Source: Dermatophilaceae bacterium
Lineage (GTDB): Bacteria; Actinomycetota; Actinomycetes; Actinomycetales; Dermatophilaceae
NCBI GenBank assembly: GCA_036565395.1
Contig: DATCNE010000172.1
Coordinates: forward strand, 1 to 57,446
Length of the DNA: 57,446 nucleotides
Direction: 5' to 3'
Under the pieces are notes generated by a model. The model ran no database searches and had not been told where the DNA came from. It saw only the letters and a program-made list of their open reading frames with translations. Below, piece by piece: positions 1 to 10,160 of the stretch; positions within the stretch are counted from its first letter, which is position 1; every line of letters starts with the position of its first letter. The position numbers and the translations under genes were made by a program.

Positions 1-1267
1 GCAGCCGCTCGCACTCGTCATCGTCGAACGTCTCGCGGGTCGTCTTGTCCTTGACCAGCTCGATCCCGTAGAAGTAGCCCTCGCCGCGGACATCGCCGAC
101 CAGTGGGAGGTCGAGCAGCTTGTCCAGGGTGGCGCGGAACCGCGGGGCGTTGTCATTGACGTGCTGGTTGAGGCCTTCGCGCTCGAAGATGTCCAGGTTG
201 GCCATCGCAACAGCTGCGGAGACCGGGTGACCGCCGAAGGTGTAGCCGTGCGGGAACATCGTGTGGCCCTTCTTGAAGGGCTCGAACAGCCGGTCGCTGG
301 CGATCATCGCGCCGATGGGGGAGTAGCCCGAGGTCATGCCCTTGGCGACCGTGATGATGTCCGGCTGGTAGCCGAAGTCGGTGCTGGCAAACATGCTGCC
401 GATGCGGCCGAAGGAGCAGATGACCTCGTCGGAGACCAGCAGCACGTCGTACTCGTCGCAGATCTCGCGGACCCGTTCGAAGTACCCGGGCGGCGGCGGG
501 AAACAGCCGCCGGAGTTCTGCACAGGCTCCAGGAAGACGGCAGCTACGGTGTCGGGGCCCTCGAACTCGATCGCTTCGGCGATGCGGTCGGCGGCATAGC
601 GGCCGAACGCCTTGGGGTCCTGCCGCAGGTGCTCCGGCGCGCGATACAGGTTGGTGTTGGGGACCTTGACGGCACCGGGCACCAGCGGCTCGAACGGTTC
701 CTTGGCGAACGGGATGCTGGTGATGGACAGTGCTCCGTGGGGGGTGCCGTGGTAGGCGATGTTGCGGCTGATCACCTTGTACTTGCCCGGTTTGCCGGTG
801 AGCTTGAAGAACTGTTTGGCCAGCTTCCAGGCGGACTCGACCGCCTCGCCACCACCGGTGGTGAAGAAGACCCGGTTGAGGTCACCGGGCGCGTCGGCCG
901 CCAGCCGTTCTGCCAGCTCGATGGCGCGCGGGTGTGCATAGGACCACAGGGGGAAGAAAGCCAGCTCGCGTGCCTGTTTGGCGGCCGCCTCGGCCAGCTC
1001 CTCGCGGCCGTGCCCGACCTGGACGACGAAGAGCCCAGCCAGGGCATCGAGGTACTTGCGGCCCTTGTCATCCCAGATGTAGGCGCCCTCGCCCCTGACG
1101 ATGATCGGGACCGAGGCGCCTCCGCCGCCTGACTCCTTCGGTTCATAGCTGGACTGACGCGTGAAGTGCATCCACAGGTGATCGCGGGCAGCTTCGGCGT
1201 ATGCCGTGCCTGCGGGTGTGGTGCCGGCCGGACGGGTGGCGTTGTTGCTTGTCTCGGTGGTGGTCAT
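1..1267 (-). CDS. class-III PLP-dependent aminotransferase (putrescine/GABA/omega-amino acid type); 3' end runs off the window
   Basis: Absent from the ORF track because there is no stop inside the window. My own minus-strand translation from ATG 1267..1265 reads [128 protein letters not shown] (PLP-lysine context). The 161..1132 + ORF is its antisense shadow. The start overlaps the stop of the upstream regulator gene (ATGA). Confidence 0.85.
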   Translation of the reverse strand, partial: MTTTETSNNATRPAGTTPAGTAYAEAARDHLWMHFTRQSSYEPKESGGGGASVPIIVRGEGAYIWDDKGRKYLDALAGLFVVQVGHGREELAEAAAKQARELAFFPLWSYAHPRAIELAERLAADAPGDLNRVFFTTGGGEAVESAWKLAKQFFKLTGKPGKYKVISRNIAYHGTPHGALSITSIPFAKEPFEPLVPGAVKVPNTNLYRAPEHLRQDPKAFGRYAADRIAEAIEFEGPDTVAAVFLEPVQNSGGCFPPPPGYFERVREICDEYDVLLVSDEVICSFGRIGSMFASTDFGYQPDIITVAKGMTSGYSPIGAMIASDRLFEPFKKGHTMFPHGYTFGGHPVSAAVAMANLDIFEREGLNQHVNDNAPRFRATLDKLLDLPLVGDVRGEGYFYGIELVKDKTTRETFDDDECERL

Positions 1268-1806
1268 CGCGTTCCCCAGTTGTAGTGCTGCTTGTTGAGT
1301 TTCAGATAGACGAACGTCTCGGTGGATACCACACCCGGCAGGGTGCGGATCCGCCGCGACAAGAGGTTGAGCAGCTCGTCGTCGTCCTCGCAGACGACTT
1401 CGATGATCAGGTCAAAGCTGCCTGCGGTGGAGACGACATACCACACCTCGGACATCTCGGTCAGGCGTTCGGCGACGAGCTGCATGTCTCCCTCGACGCG
1501 GATGCCAACCATGGCCTGGCGAGTGAAACCGATCTGTAAGGGGTCCGTGACCGCCACGATCTGCATGACGTCGCTGTCGAGCAGGCGCTTTACCCGCTGC
1601 CGGACGGCAGCCTCGGACAGTCCCACGCTCTTGGCGATGGACGCGTAGGAACGGCGGCCGTCGGTCTGCAGGTGCTCGATGATCGCCTTCGAGACGTCGT
1701 CGAGGGCACCGCTGGGGGGCTTGCGGTCGACCGGCCGGCGATTGCTGATCGCCGATTTGCGTGGGCTCACGAGGTGATGGTGTCTGGTCCGGGACCCGTT
1801 TGGCAA
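1264..1806 (-). CDS. Lrp/AsnC family transcriptional regulator
   Basis: N-terminal [44 protein letters not shown] followed by an AsnC-type ligand domain ([44 protein letters not shown]). The true start may be GTG 1770 rather than TTG 1806. Confidence 0.9.
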   Translation of the reverse strand: MPNGSRTRHHHLVSPRKSAISNRRPVDRKPPSGALDDVSKAIIEHLQTDGRRSYASIAKSVGLSEAAVRQRVKRLLDSDVMQIVAVTDPLQIGFTRQAMVGIRVEGDMQLVAERLTEMSEVWYVVSTAGSFDLIIEVVCEDDDELLNLLSRRIRTLPGVVSTETFVYLKLNKQHYNWGTR

Positions 1807-1915
1807 GCCCTTACACGACTGAAACCGTTGCGAAGATCCCGATTGAACAACGGATTCAGCATATATTTGGCCGCAACTCTGTTGAAAAGGCCCATCTTGT
1901 GGTTAGAGTTCCCTG

Positions 1916-1946
1916 ACCGGAACCCGTACGCAACCGGAACCCGTAC
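1916..1946 (+). promoter_or_regulatory. perfect 14-bp direct repeat ACCGGAACCCGTAC x2 (17-bp period) in the leader of the aldehyde dehydrogenase/pot operon
   Basis: Copies lie at 1916..1929 and 1933..1946, ending 4 nt before the SD CAGGAG (1951) of the GTG 1963 start. They sit in the A/T-richer divergent region shared with the Lrp-like gene. Confidence 0.35.
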
Positions 1947-1962
1947 CCGTCAGGAGTCTCTT

Positions 1963-3411
1963 GTGAGTGCACGTCCTCGCATCCTTCGCAACTTCGTCAA
2001 CGGCGACTATGTCGAGCCCGAGAGCGACGCGACCTCCGACATCGTCAGCCCGGTGACCGCTCAGGTGGTCGCCACGGCGCCGGTGTCCTCGGCTGCCGAC
2101 GTCGACCGGGCCTACGCCGCCGCCGCAGCAGCCTTCGAGGTGTGGGGCGAGACAACCCCCGCCGAGCGTCAGATGGCGATGCTGAAGTTCGCGGATGCGG
2201 TCGAGGCCCGCACCGATGAGTTCGTGCACCTCGAGGCGGAGAACACGGGCAAGCCATACGCGTTGACGGCCAGCGAGGAGCTGCCGCCGATGGTCGACGA
2301 GATCCGCTTCTTCGCCGGTGCCGCCCGGATCCTGGAGGGGCGCTCGGCGGGCGAGTACATGAGGGGTCACACCTCGTGGATCCGCCGTGAGCCGATCGGT
2401 GTCATCGGTCAGGTCACACCATGGAACTACCCGATGATGATGGCGATCTGGAAGATCGCTCCCGCCCTGGCCGCCGGCAACACGGTGGTGCTCAAACCGA
2501 GCGACACCACGCCGGAGACGACGCTGCTCCTGGCGGAGATCGCCTCCGAGTTCCTTCCGGCGGGGACGTTCAACGTCATCACCGGCGACCGCGACACCGG
2601 ACGCGCCCTCGTGCAGCACAAGACTCCGGCCATGGTCTCGATCACCGGCTCGGTTCGCGCGGGTATGCAGGTCGCCGAGAGCGCCTCCCACGATGTCAAG
2701 CGGGTGCACCTCGAGCTGGGGGGCAAGGCACCCGTCGTCGTCTTCGATGACGCGGACCTGGAGGCGGCTGTCGAAAGCATCGGGATGGCCGGGTACTTCA
2801 ATGCCGGACAGGACTGTACGTCGGCCACCCGCGTCATCGCCGGCCCGCGCATCCACGACGACTTCGTCGCCGCCCTGGCGCAGTACGCGCAGTCCAGCGC
2901 CAAGGTCGGTCTGCCCGACGACGAGGATGCGACGTTCGGTCCGGTCAACAACGTCAACCAGCTCGCGAACGTCGAGGGGTTCCTGTCCAGACTGCCGGAC
3001 CACGCCAGCATCGTTACCGGCGGCAGCCGGGTCAGCGGTCTCGGCGACGGCTACTTCTTCGCGCCGACGGTGTTGTCCGGGCTGCGGCAGGACGACGAGG
3101 TGATCCAGCGCGAGATCTTCGGGCCCGTGATCACCGTGCAGAAGTTCTCCGACGAGGCCGAGGCGCTCTCCTGGGCCAACGGGGTCGAGTACGGGCTGGC
3201 CAGCAGTGTCTGGACCAAGGACTTTGGCCGGGCCATGCGGATGTCGCGAAAGCTGGACTTCGGCGTGGTGTGGATCAACGCCCACATTCCCTTCGTGGCC
3301 GAGATGCCTCACGGAGGTTTCAAGCACAGCGGCTATGGCAAAGACCTTTCCATGTACGGCTTTGAGGACTACACACGGATCAAGCACGTCATGGCCAACA
3401 TCGACGCATAG
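1963..3411 (+). CDS. NAD-dependent aldehyde dehydrogenase, gamma-aminobutyraldehyde/betaine-aldehyde dehydrogenase-like
   Basis: ALDH motifs [30 protein letters not shown], catalytic-Glu context [10 protein letters not shown] and Cys context [12 protein letters not shown]. Start chosen at GTG 1963, in frame with track ORF 1672 and 6 nt after CAGGAG. Confidence 0.9.
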   Translation: MSARPRILRNFVNGDYVEPESDATSDIVSPVTAQVVATAPVSSAADVDRAYAAAAAAFEVWGETTPAERQMAMLKFADAVEARTDEFVHLEAENTGKPYALTASEELPPMVDEIRFFAGAARILEGRSAGEYMRGHTSWIRREPIGVIGQVTPWNYPMMMAIWKIAPALAAGNTVVLKPSDTTPETTLLLAEIASEFLPAGTFNVITGDRDTGRALVQHKTPAMVSITGSVRAGMQVAESASHDVKRVHLELGGKAPVVVFDDADLEAAVESIGMAGYFNAGQDCTSATRVIAGPRIHDDFVAALAQYAQSSAKVGLPDDEDATFGPVNNVNQLANVEGFLSRLPDHASIVTGGSRVSGLGDGYFFAPTVLSGLRQDDEVIQREIFGPVITVQKFSDEAEALSWANGVEYGLASSVWTKDFGRAMRMSRKLDFGVVWINAHIPFVAEMPHGGFKHSGYGKDLSMYGFEDYTRIKHVMANIDA

Positions 3412-3460
3412 ATCACGGTTCACCCCAGTTTCAGCTCACCCAGCAATCCAAGGAGCGTTC

Positions 3461-4681
3461 ATGAGTGATCAGGTCCCGTCGGCATTCCAGGCGGCATTGG
3501 CCCGAGGTCTGGTTTCACGGCGTACGGCAATGGCCGGCGTGGCTGGTCTGGCCGGTGTCGCCGGGTTGGCAGCCTGTGGCTCGGCAGGCAAGACCCCTAC
3601 GCCCGGTGCCACCACCAAGGCGAGGGTCAAGGCAGCCACCGACACCTCGGACACGGACAAGCTGGTCAACTGGTCGAACTGGCCGGCCTACATGGACGTC
3701 AACGAAAAGACCAAGAGCCACCCGTCCCTGGACGCGTTCACCAAGAAGACCGGGATCAAGGTCAACTACACCGAGGACTACAACGACAACGAAGAGTTCT
3801 ACGCCAAGGTGCGCCCTCTGCTCGAAGCGGGCGCCGATACCGGCCGCGACATGTGGGTCAGCACCGACTGGATGGTGGCCAGGCTGATCCGGCTGGACTT
3901 CGTCCAGAAGTTCGATCTGGCGAACATCCCCAACCACGGCAATGTCGACGACTCGCTGCTCAACGTCGGCTTCGACAAGGGCCGGCTGTATTCCCTGCCA
4001 TGGCAGAGCGGGTTCACCGGGATCGCCTGGAACCCCAAGTCGACCGGCGGCAAGAAGATCGAGACCATCGACCAGCTGCTCACTGACCCCATGCTGAAGG
4101 GCAAGGTCACCCTGCTCAGCGAGATGCACGACACGATCGGCCTCGTCCTGCTCGCACTGGGCAAGGACCCCGCCAGCTTTACCGATGCGGACTTCGACGC
4201 CGCATGCGCCGAGATCCAGAAGGCCAAGGACGCCGGGCAGATCAAGGGATTCACCGGCAACGACTACACCAAGCCGTTGGCGTCCGGTGACACTGCGGCC
4301 TGTATCGCGTGGGCGGGCGACGTCGTCCAGCTCAAGGCGGACAACCCCAGCCTCGGCTATGCCTTGCCGGCGCAGGGCTTCATGCTCTGGTCGGACAACT
4401 TCGTGATCCCCAACCTGGCCAAGCACAAGAAGAATGCCGAGATGGTGATCAACTACTACTACGACCCTGCCGTCATGGCCGAGGTCGTCGACTACGTCAA
4501 CTACATCTCCCCCGTGAAGGGCACGAAGGATGTGCTGTTGAAGATCGACCCCTCCGTCGCCACGAACCCCCTGATCATCCCTTCCCAGGATGTTCTGTCC
4601 CGCTCCCATGTCTTCCGCGGGCTGACCGCGGCCGAGGAGACCAAGTACAACCGCAAGTTCCAGACGATCGTGACGGGTTGA
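3461..4681 (+). CDS. potD: spermidine/putrescine ABC transporter substrate-binding lipoprotein (PotD/PotF family)
   Basis: ATG 3461 follows AAGGAG. Tat-like SRRTAMAG plus lipobox LAACGS. Periplasmic binding-protein body, with pot-type ATPase and permeases directly downstream. Confidence 0.85.
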   Translation: MSDQVPSAFQAALARGLVSRRTAMAGVAGLAGVAGLAACGSAGKTPTPGATTKARVKAATDTSDTDKLVNWSNWPAYMDVNEKTKSHPSLDAFTKKTGIKVNYTEDYNDNEEFYAKVRPLLEAGADTGRDMWVSTDWMVARLIRLDFVQKFDLANIPNHGNVDDSLLNVGFDKGRLYSLPWQSGFTGIAWNPKSTGGKKIETIDQLLTDPMLKGKVTLLSEMHDTIGLVLLALGKDPASFTDADFDAACAEIQKAKDAGQIKGFTGNDYTKPLASGDTAACIAWAGDVVQLKADNPSLGYALPAQGFMLWSDNFVIPNLAKHKKNAEMVINYYYDPAVMAEVVDYVNYISPVKGTKDVLLKIDPSVATNPLIIPSQDVLSRSHVFRGLTAAEETKYNRKFQTIVTG

Positions 4682-4689
4682 GTGGGTCG

Positions 4690-5835
4690 GTGGCTGAGAA
4701 GACCTCTGGCGACCTGCGACTGACGGGGGTCACCAAGACGTATGACACGTTCACCGCGGTCGACCAGCTTGACCTGGTGATTCCACGCGGGTCGTTCTTT
4801 GCCCTGCTCGGTCCCTCGGGGTGCGGCAAGACGACAACGCTGCGAATGGTGGCCGGGCTGGACCAACCGACCATCGGCCAGATCTGGATCGGTGACAAGG
4901 ACATCACCGAGACCAAGGCCTATCAACGCAACGTCAACACCGTGTTTCAGAGCTACGCGCTGTTTCCCCACCTGAGCATCATCGACAACGTGGCCTTCGG
5001 GTTGCGCCGCCGCAAGGTCTCGGATCACAAGGCCAAGGCCATGGAGGCACTCGAGCTCGTCCAGCTGGCACACATCGCGAAGAAGAAGCCCGGTCAGCTG
5101 TCCGGTGGCATGCAGCAACGTGTGGCGCTGGCCCGGGCGATCGTCAACCGGCCCGACGTCCTGCTGCTCGACGAACCGCTCGGCGCCCTCGACCTGAAGC
5201 TGCGTCGTCAGATGCAGATCGAGCTCAAGATGATCCAGTCCGAGGTCGGGCTCACGTTCGTCCACGTGACGCACGACCAGGAAGAGGCCATGACGATGGC
5301 CGACACCATTGCGGTCATGAACGCCGGACGGCTCGAGCAGGTCGGTGACCCAGCAACCCTCTACGAGCACCCCAAGTCGACCTTCGTGGCCAACTTCCTC
5401 GGGCAGTCGAACCTGCTGGAGGCCACCGTCAAGAGTCGCGATGGCAGCATCGCCGAGCTCGATGTCCACGGCGTGAGCCTGCGGCTGCCAGTGGATCGTC
5501 TGGTGAACGGCGCGTCGGCGGTGTGGCTCGGAGTTCGGCCGGAGAAGCTGCGGCTGGTTGCGAACGGGCCCGCGCATGACGGGACCGGCGACAGCAACCG
5601 ACTCACGGGCGTCGTCACTGACGCCTCGTTCACCGGGCTGGCCACCAACTATCTGGTCCGGCTGCCGTGGGGTCAGGAGCTCATGGTGGTGCAGCAGAAC
5701 GACGGTACGTCGCGAGTCGCCGCAGGGACACAGGTCACCCTCGGTTGGGCTCCCGAGCACGGCTTCGCCCTGGACGCGAAACAGGACGCGCACGCCGGTG
5801 CACAGGACCAGGCCGATGACAGCGGAGCCGCATAG
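4690..5835 (+). CDS. potA: spermidine/putrescine ABC transporter ATP-binding protein
   Basis: Walker A GPSGCGKTT, Q-loop, signature LSGGMQQRVALARA, Walker B LLLDEPLGALD, and a C-terminal TOBE-like domain. The start is ambiguous (GTG 4690 or TTG 4678). Confidence 0.9.
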   Translation: MAEKTSGDLRLTGVTKTYDTFTAVDQLDLVIPRGSFFALLGPSGCGKTTTLRMVAGLDQPTIGQIWIGDKDITETKAYQRNVNTVFQSYALFPHLSIIDNVAFGLRRRKVSDHKAKAMEALELVQLAHIAKKKPGQLSGGMQQRVALARAIVNRPDVLLLDEPLGALDLKLRRQMQIELKMIQSEVGLTFVHVTHDQEEAMTMADTIAVMNAGRLEQVGDPATLYEHPKSTFVANFLGQSNLLEATVKSRDGSIAELDVHGVSLRLPVDRLVNGASAVWLGVRPEKLRLVANGPAHDGTGDSNRLTGVVTDASFTGLATNYLVRLPWGQELMVVQQNDGTSRVAAGTQVTLGWAPEHGFALDAKQDAHAGAQDQADDSGAA

Positions 5836-6752
5836 TGTCCGAGTCGGGGGGTGACGCTGCCGTCACGGCGGTGCAACGCCCGCGGCGGGTGAGACCTAGC
5901 TACACGCCATACCTGCTGCTTCTGCCCGGGTTGGCTTGGCTCGTCGTGTTCTTCGTCGTGCCCACGCTCTCACTGGCCTCCCAGTCACTGCAGACCGGGA
6001 ACGTCGAGACCGGGTACTCGTTGACGTGGCACTTCCAGACCTACGTCGACGCACTGTCACAGTTCTGGCCGCACTTCGCGCGGTCAATCTTCTTCGCGGG
6101 TACAGCCACGGTCTTGACCTTGTTGCTCGCCTATCCGCTGGCGTATTTCATCGCCCAGAAGGTTGGCAGGTGGAAGAACTTCCTCCTGGTGCTGGTGATC
6201 GCGCCCTTCTTCACCAGCTTCCTGATCCGAACCCTGGCCTGGCAGACCATTCTGACCGACAACGGACCGGTGGTGGCGTTCGCCCGTTCGACCCACCTCA
6301 CCGACCTGCTGCAGTGGGTGCATCTGACGAACAACGACTCGCTGATGAACTCTCGGTTTGCGGTGATCTGTGGTCTGACCTACAACTTCCTGCCGTTCAT
6401 GATCCTGCCGCTCTACGCCAATCTCGAGCGCCTCGACCACAGCCTGATCGAGGCAGCTGGGGATCTCTACGCCACGCCGATCAAGACGTTCTGGAAGGTC
6501 ACCTGGCCGCTGTCCCTGCCGGGCGTCGTTGGTGGCACGCTGCTGACCTTCATCCCTGCGGCAGGTGACTTCATCAACTCCCGGCTGCTTGGCAACACCC
6601 AGACCGTCATGATCGGCCAGGTCATCGACTCGGAGTTCTTGCGGGTTCAGGACTACTCCACAGCCGCCGCAGTGTCCTTCGTGCTGATGTTCATCATCGT
6701 GGTCATCGTTGCCGTGTACGTCCGGCGTGCGGGCACCGAGGAGCTGGTCTGA
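5835..6752 (+). CDS. potB: polyamine ABC transporter permease
   Basis: Multi-TM protein with the EAA-type loop LIEAAGDLYATPIKTFWKVTWP. Its GTG start overlaps the potA stop. Confidence 0.85.
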   Translation: MSESGGDAAVTAVQRPRRVRPSYTPYLLLLPGLAWLVVFFVVPTLSLASQSLQTGNVETGYSLTWHFQTYVDALSQFWPHFARSIFFAGTATVLTLLLAYPLAYFIAQKVGRWKNFLLVLVIAPFFTSFLIRTLAWQTILTDNGPVVAFARSTHLTDLLQWVHLTNNDSLMNSRFAVICGLTYNFLPFMILPLYANLERLDHSLIEAAGDLYATPIKTFWKVTWPLSLPGVVGGTLLTFIPAAGDFINSRLLGNTQTVMIGQVIDSEFLRVQDYSTAAAVSFVLMFIIVVIVAVYVRRAGTEELV

Positions 6753-7546
6753 TGCGATGGATCCGCGGGCACCTCGTCGCCATCGCCGGGCTGCTGGTCC
6801 TGTCCTACATGTTGTTGCCCAACATCATCGTCATCGTGTTCTCGTTCAACAAGCCAAAAGGGAACTACAACTATGAATGGCAGAGATTCTCGGTCGACGC
6901 CTGGACCAACCCCTGTGGCACCCCAGGCATCTGTGATGCGCTGGGGCTGAGCCTGCGCGTCGGCTTCATCGCCACCCTGGTCTCAACCATCCTCGGGACC
7001 ATGGTGGCGTTCGCGATCGGTCGGTATCGCTTCCGAGGCCGCTCCAGCACGAACCTGCTCATCTTCCTGCCCATGGCCACACCTGAGGTCGTGATGGGCT
7101 CCAGCCTGTTGACCCTGTTCATCGCGATGGGTATCGCGCCCGGCACGGTCACCATCCTGATCGCGCACATCCTGTTCTGCCTGTCCTTCGTCGTGGTCAC
7201 TGTGAAGGCGCGAATCGCCTCCCTCGACCCCCGTCTCGAGCAGGCTGCGGCGGATCTTTTCGCCAACCCGTTCCAGGCCTTCGTCAGGGTGACGCTGCCG
7301 CTGGTGGCTCCTGGTATCGCGGCTGGGGCCCTGCTGGCGTTCTCCCTCTCATTCGACGACTACATCATCACCAACTTCAACGCCAGCCCTAGCTCGGTGA
7401 CCTTCCCGATGTTTGTCTGGGGCGCGGCCCAGCGAGGTACACCGGTGCAGATCAACGTCATTGGCACGGTGATGTTCCTGGCAGCCCTTCTCCTGGTCGC
7501 AACCGGCCAGCTGATCAGCAACCGACGCGCCAAGGCGGCTGCCTGA
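6752..7546 (+). CDS. potC: polyamine ABC transporter permease
   Basis: Multi-TM protein with the EAA-type loop LEQAAADLFANPFQAFVRVTLP. ATGA overlap with potB. Confidence 0.85.
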   Translation: MRWIRGHLVAIAGLLVLSYMLLPNIIVIVFSFNKPKGNYNYEWQRFSVDAWTNPCGTPGICDALGLSLRVGFIATLVSTILGTMVAFAIGRYRFRGRSSTNLLIFLPMATPEVVMGSSLLTLFIAMGIAPGTVTILIAHILFCLSFVVVTVKARIASLDPRLEQAAADLFANPFQAFVRVTLPLVAPGIAAGALLAFSLSFDDYIITNFNASPSSVTFPMFVWGAAQRGTPVQINVIGTVMFLAALLLVATGQLISNRRAKAAA

Positions 7547-7576
7547 CGTGCTGCCTTCGCGCCCCACGACGAGCTG

Positions 7577-9004
7577 ATGCCGTCAGGCGAGAGTCACCTG
7601 CTGGCGACGCGCGAGGCCGAAACGGCCCTCGAGCATGCGTCATCCACCCCCTTGTGGTGGGACGACAGCAGCCGGCCCGAGCGCCGGGCTGCACTTGAGG
7701 GCGATCGCGACGTCGATCTCGCGGTTGTCGGCGGGGGATTCACCGGCCTGTGGGCGGCGCTTCTCGCCTTGGAGGAAGATCCCCAACGCGAGGTCGTGGT
7801 GCTCGAGGCGCAGCGACTTGGCTGGGCCGCGACGGGGCGCAATGGTGGATTCTGCGCGGCCAGCCTGACCCACGGGGTGGGCAACGGTCTGGCGCGCTGG
7901 CCCGGCGAGATGCCGCTGTTGCAGCGCTTGGGCGCGGCCAACCTCGACGCGATCGAGGCGACGATCCGCGCGCGTGGCATCGACTGCGACTTCGAACGCA
8001 CCGGGGAGCTCGACGTGGCGGTCGAGCCGTGGCAGCTGGAGGACCTGGGCAGCCTTCACAGGACGATGCGCGATCTGGGCGAGGATGTCGAGCTGCTGAC
8101 TGCTGCTCAGGCCCGAGCGCTCGTCGACTCACCGACATACCTGGGGGGCCTCCTGGATCGACGCGGTGTCGCCATGGTCAACCCGGCGCGCCTGGCGTGG
8201 GGTCTGGCCGATGCCGTCGAGAGCTCCGGCGGCAGGATCCACGAGTCGACACGGGTGCAGCGGCTGCGCTCCTCGGGGGACCGGGTCGCCCTTACCACCG
8301 GGACCGGCACGGTTCGCGCCCGCCAGGTGGTCCTGGCCACAAACGTCTTCCCCTCGCCACTTCGACGAGCTCGCCCGTATGTCGTCCCGGTGTGGGATCA
8401 CATCATTGCCACAGAGCCGCTGAGCCAGAGCCAGCGCGACTCCCTGGGCTGGCAAGGTCGACAAGGCGTTGGGGACGCAGGCAACCAGTTCCACTACTAC
8501 CGCCTGACCGGCGACAACCGGCTCGTCTTCGGCGGCTATGACGCGCTCTACTACTACGGCTCCGACCTGTCAGAACGACGCCAGCGGCGACCCGAGACCG
8601 AGCAGCTGCTGTATCACCACATGCTCGCGACCTTCCCCGGCCTGCGAGGGATACGAATCATGCACACGTGGGGTGGCGCCATCGACACGTCAACCCGGTT
8701 CAGCGCCTCGTGGCAGCGGGCGTTCGGGGGCAAGGTCGTCTCGGTCCTGGGATACACCGGTCTGGGCGTCGGCGCGTCACGATTCGGCGCGCAGGTCTGT
8801 CTGGATCTGTTGGCTGGCAGGGACAACGAGCGCACCCGGCTGGAGATGGTGCGACGGCCACCGTTGCCCTGGCCACCGGAACCGTTGCGCTGGTTGGGGA
8901 TCCAGCTGACAAGACGCAGCATCGCGCGAGCCGACGAACATGGTGGGCAGCGCGACATCTGGCTACGGTTGCTGGACAGGCTGGGTCTGGGCTTCGACTC
9001 CTGA
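7577..9004 (+). CDS. FAD-dependent oxidoreductase (DAO family, gamma-glutamylputrescine-oxidase-like)
   Basis: Dinucleotide-binding motif DLAVVGGGFTGLWAAL near the N-terminus. 475 aa, located inside the polyamine cluster. Confidence 0.75.
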   Translation: MPSGESHLLATREAETALEHASSTPLWWDDSSRPERRAALEGDRDVDLAVVGGGFTGLWAALLALEEDPQREVVVLEAQRLGWAATGRNGGFCAASLTHGVGNGLARWPGEMPLLQRLGAANLDAIEATIRARGIDCDFERTGELDVAVEPWQLEDLGSLHRTMRDLGEDVELLTAAQARALVDSPTYLGGLLDRRGVAMVNPARLAWGLADAVESSGGRIHESTRVQRLRSSGDRVALTTGTGTVRARQVVLATNVFPSPLRRARPYVVPVWDHIIATEPLSQSQRDSLGWQGRQGVGDAGNQFHYYRLTGDNRLVFGGYDALYYYGSDLSERRQRRPETEQLLYHHMLATFPGLRGIRIMHTWGGAIDTSTRFSASWQRAFGGKVVSVLGYTGLGVGASRFGAQVCLDLLAGRDNERTRLEMVRRPPLPWPPEPLRWLGIQLTRRSIARADEHGGQRDIWLRLLDRLGLGFDS

Positions 9005-9057
9005 GCCGGGCCCTTGGTCGCCATGAAACGACGTCAGCTGGAATGAGGATCACTGCC

Positions 9058-10071
9058 ATGACTCGCTACGGCCCGCAGTTCGGACCTGACATCACGTTCC
9101 TGGGCGTGCCGCGTTGTGACCTCGACGAGCCCGGGACGTATGCCGACGCGGACGTCGTGATCCTCGGGGCGCCCTTCGATGGTGGCACCTCGAACCGCCC
9201 GGGCGCGCGGTTCGGCCCGATGGCAATCCGGATGACGGACTACCTGCCGCACGACGCCTCACGCCCGAGCCTCGCGCTTCGCACGGACGGCCTGGTTGAC
9301 CTCACCGTGGTCGATGCCGGAGATGTCGAGATGTACTCCGGCGACATCGAGAAGGCCCTCCCGGCGCTCGAGTCAGCCGTCGAGAAGGTGACCCGCGCGG
9401 GCGCCATACCGATCGTGCTCGGCGGCGACCACTCCATCGCGTTTCCGGACGCCAAGGGCGTGGCCAACGTGCTTGGGCACGGGCGGGTCTCGATGCTTCA
9501 CTTTGACGCGCACGCCGACACCGGTGACATCGAGTTCGGCTCCCTGTGGGGACACGGTCAGCCGATGCGCCGGTTGATCGAGTCGGGCGCCCTGCGCGGT
9601 GACCGGTTCCTCCAGATCGGTTTGCGGGGCTATTGGCCGCCACCCGAGACGCTGGACTGGATGGCCGTCCAGGGGATGCGCTCGTACGAGATGACCGAGA
9701 TCGGTCGCCGGGGTCTGCAGGACTGCCTGACCGAGGCTTTCGTGATCGCTATGGACGAGTGCGATGGCGTGTTCCTCTCGGTCGACATCGACGTCTGTGA
9801 CCCTGGCCACGCACCCGGCACCGGCACCCCCGAACCTGGCGGACTGACTGCACGCGAGCTGCTGGACTCGGTGCGACGGATCTGTCTCGAGCTGCCTGTG
9901 GTCGGCGTCGACATTGTCGAGGTAAGCCCACCCTTTGATCATGCGGACATCACCGCAGCCCTGGCCAATCGCGTTGTGCTGGAGGCTCTCTCGGCGATCG
10001 CACGACGACGCCAGGACGCTCGCGATGGAACCGTGTGGGATCCCACTCAGCCGCTGCTCGAGGGTCGCTGA
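9058..10071 (+). CDS. agmatinase/guanidinobutyrase (ureohydrolase family)
   Basis: Arginase-fold metal motifs GGDHSIAFP, LHFDAHADTGD and SVDIDVCDPGHAPGTGTPEPGG. ATG 9058 lies 7 nt after GAGGA; ATG 9043 is an alternative. Confidence 0.88.
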   Translation: MTRYGPQFGPDITFLGVPRCDLDEPGTYADADVVILGAPFDGGTSNRPGARFGPMAIRMTDYLPHDASRPSLALRTDGLVDLTVVDAGDVEMYSGDIEKALPALESAVEKVTRAGAIPIVLGGDHSIAFPDAKGVANVLGHGRVSMLHFDAHADTGDIEFGSLWGHGQPMRRLIESGALRGDRFLQIGLRGYWPPPETLDWMAVQGMRSYEMTEIGRRGLQDCLTEAFVIAMDECDGVFLSVDIDVCDPGHAPGTGTPEPGGLTARELLDSVRRICLELPVVGVDIVEVSPPFDHADITAALANRVVLEALSAIARRRQDARDGTVWDPTQPLLEGR

Positions 10072-10145
10072 TCCCAGTACGGTCCTGACTCCCCAACGCG
10101 CTTGAGTTGATCGCGCGGCACACCTTGCCGGGGCCTCCGTCGACA

Positions 10146-10154
10146 TGCTGCAAT
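10146..10154 (+). promoter_or_regulatory. conserved upstream box TGCTGCAAT, 6 nt before the ATG of ATPase paralog 1 (possible extended -10 for a leaderless mRNA, or a shared operator)
   Basis: The same box recurs before paralogs 2 and 3. There is no Shine-Dalgarno between box and ATG. TTGCCG at 10125..10130 lies 18 nt upstream as a possible -35. Confidence 0.4.
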
Positions 10155-10160
10155 CGGCCT

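Noticed and set aside
161-1132. 323-aa plus-strand ORF at the left edge
   Set aside because: It is antisense to the class-III aminotransferase, which I could translate with a clear PLP-enzyme signature. The plus-strand product has no recognisable motifs.
10107-10160. Track start (10107) giving an 18-aa N-terminal extension to ATPase paralog 1
   Set aside because: Paralogs 2 and 3 start at the equivalent ATGAC immediately after the conserved upstream box. The extension would translate through that box (PSTCCNRP), exactly as the spurious frame upstream of paralog 2 does (PSPCCNRP). The resemblance is at the DNA level, not the protein level.
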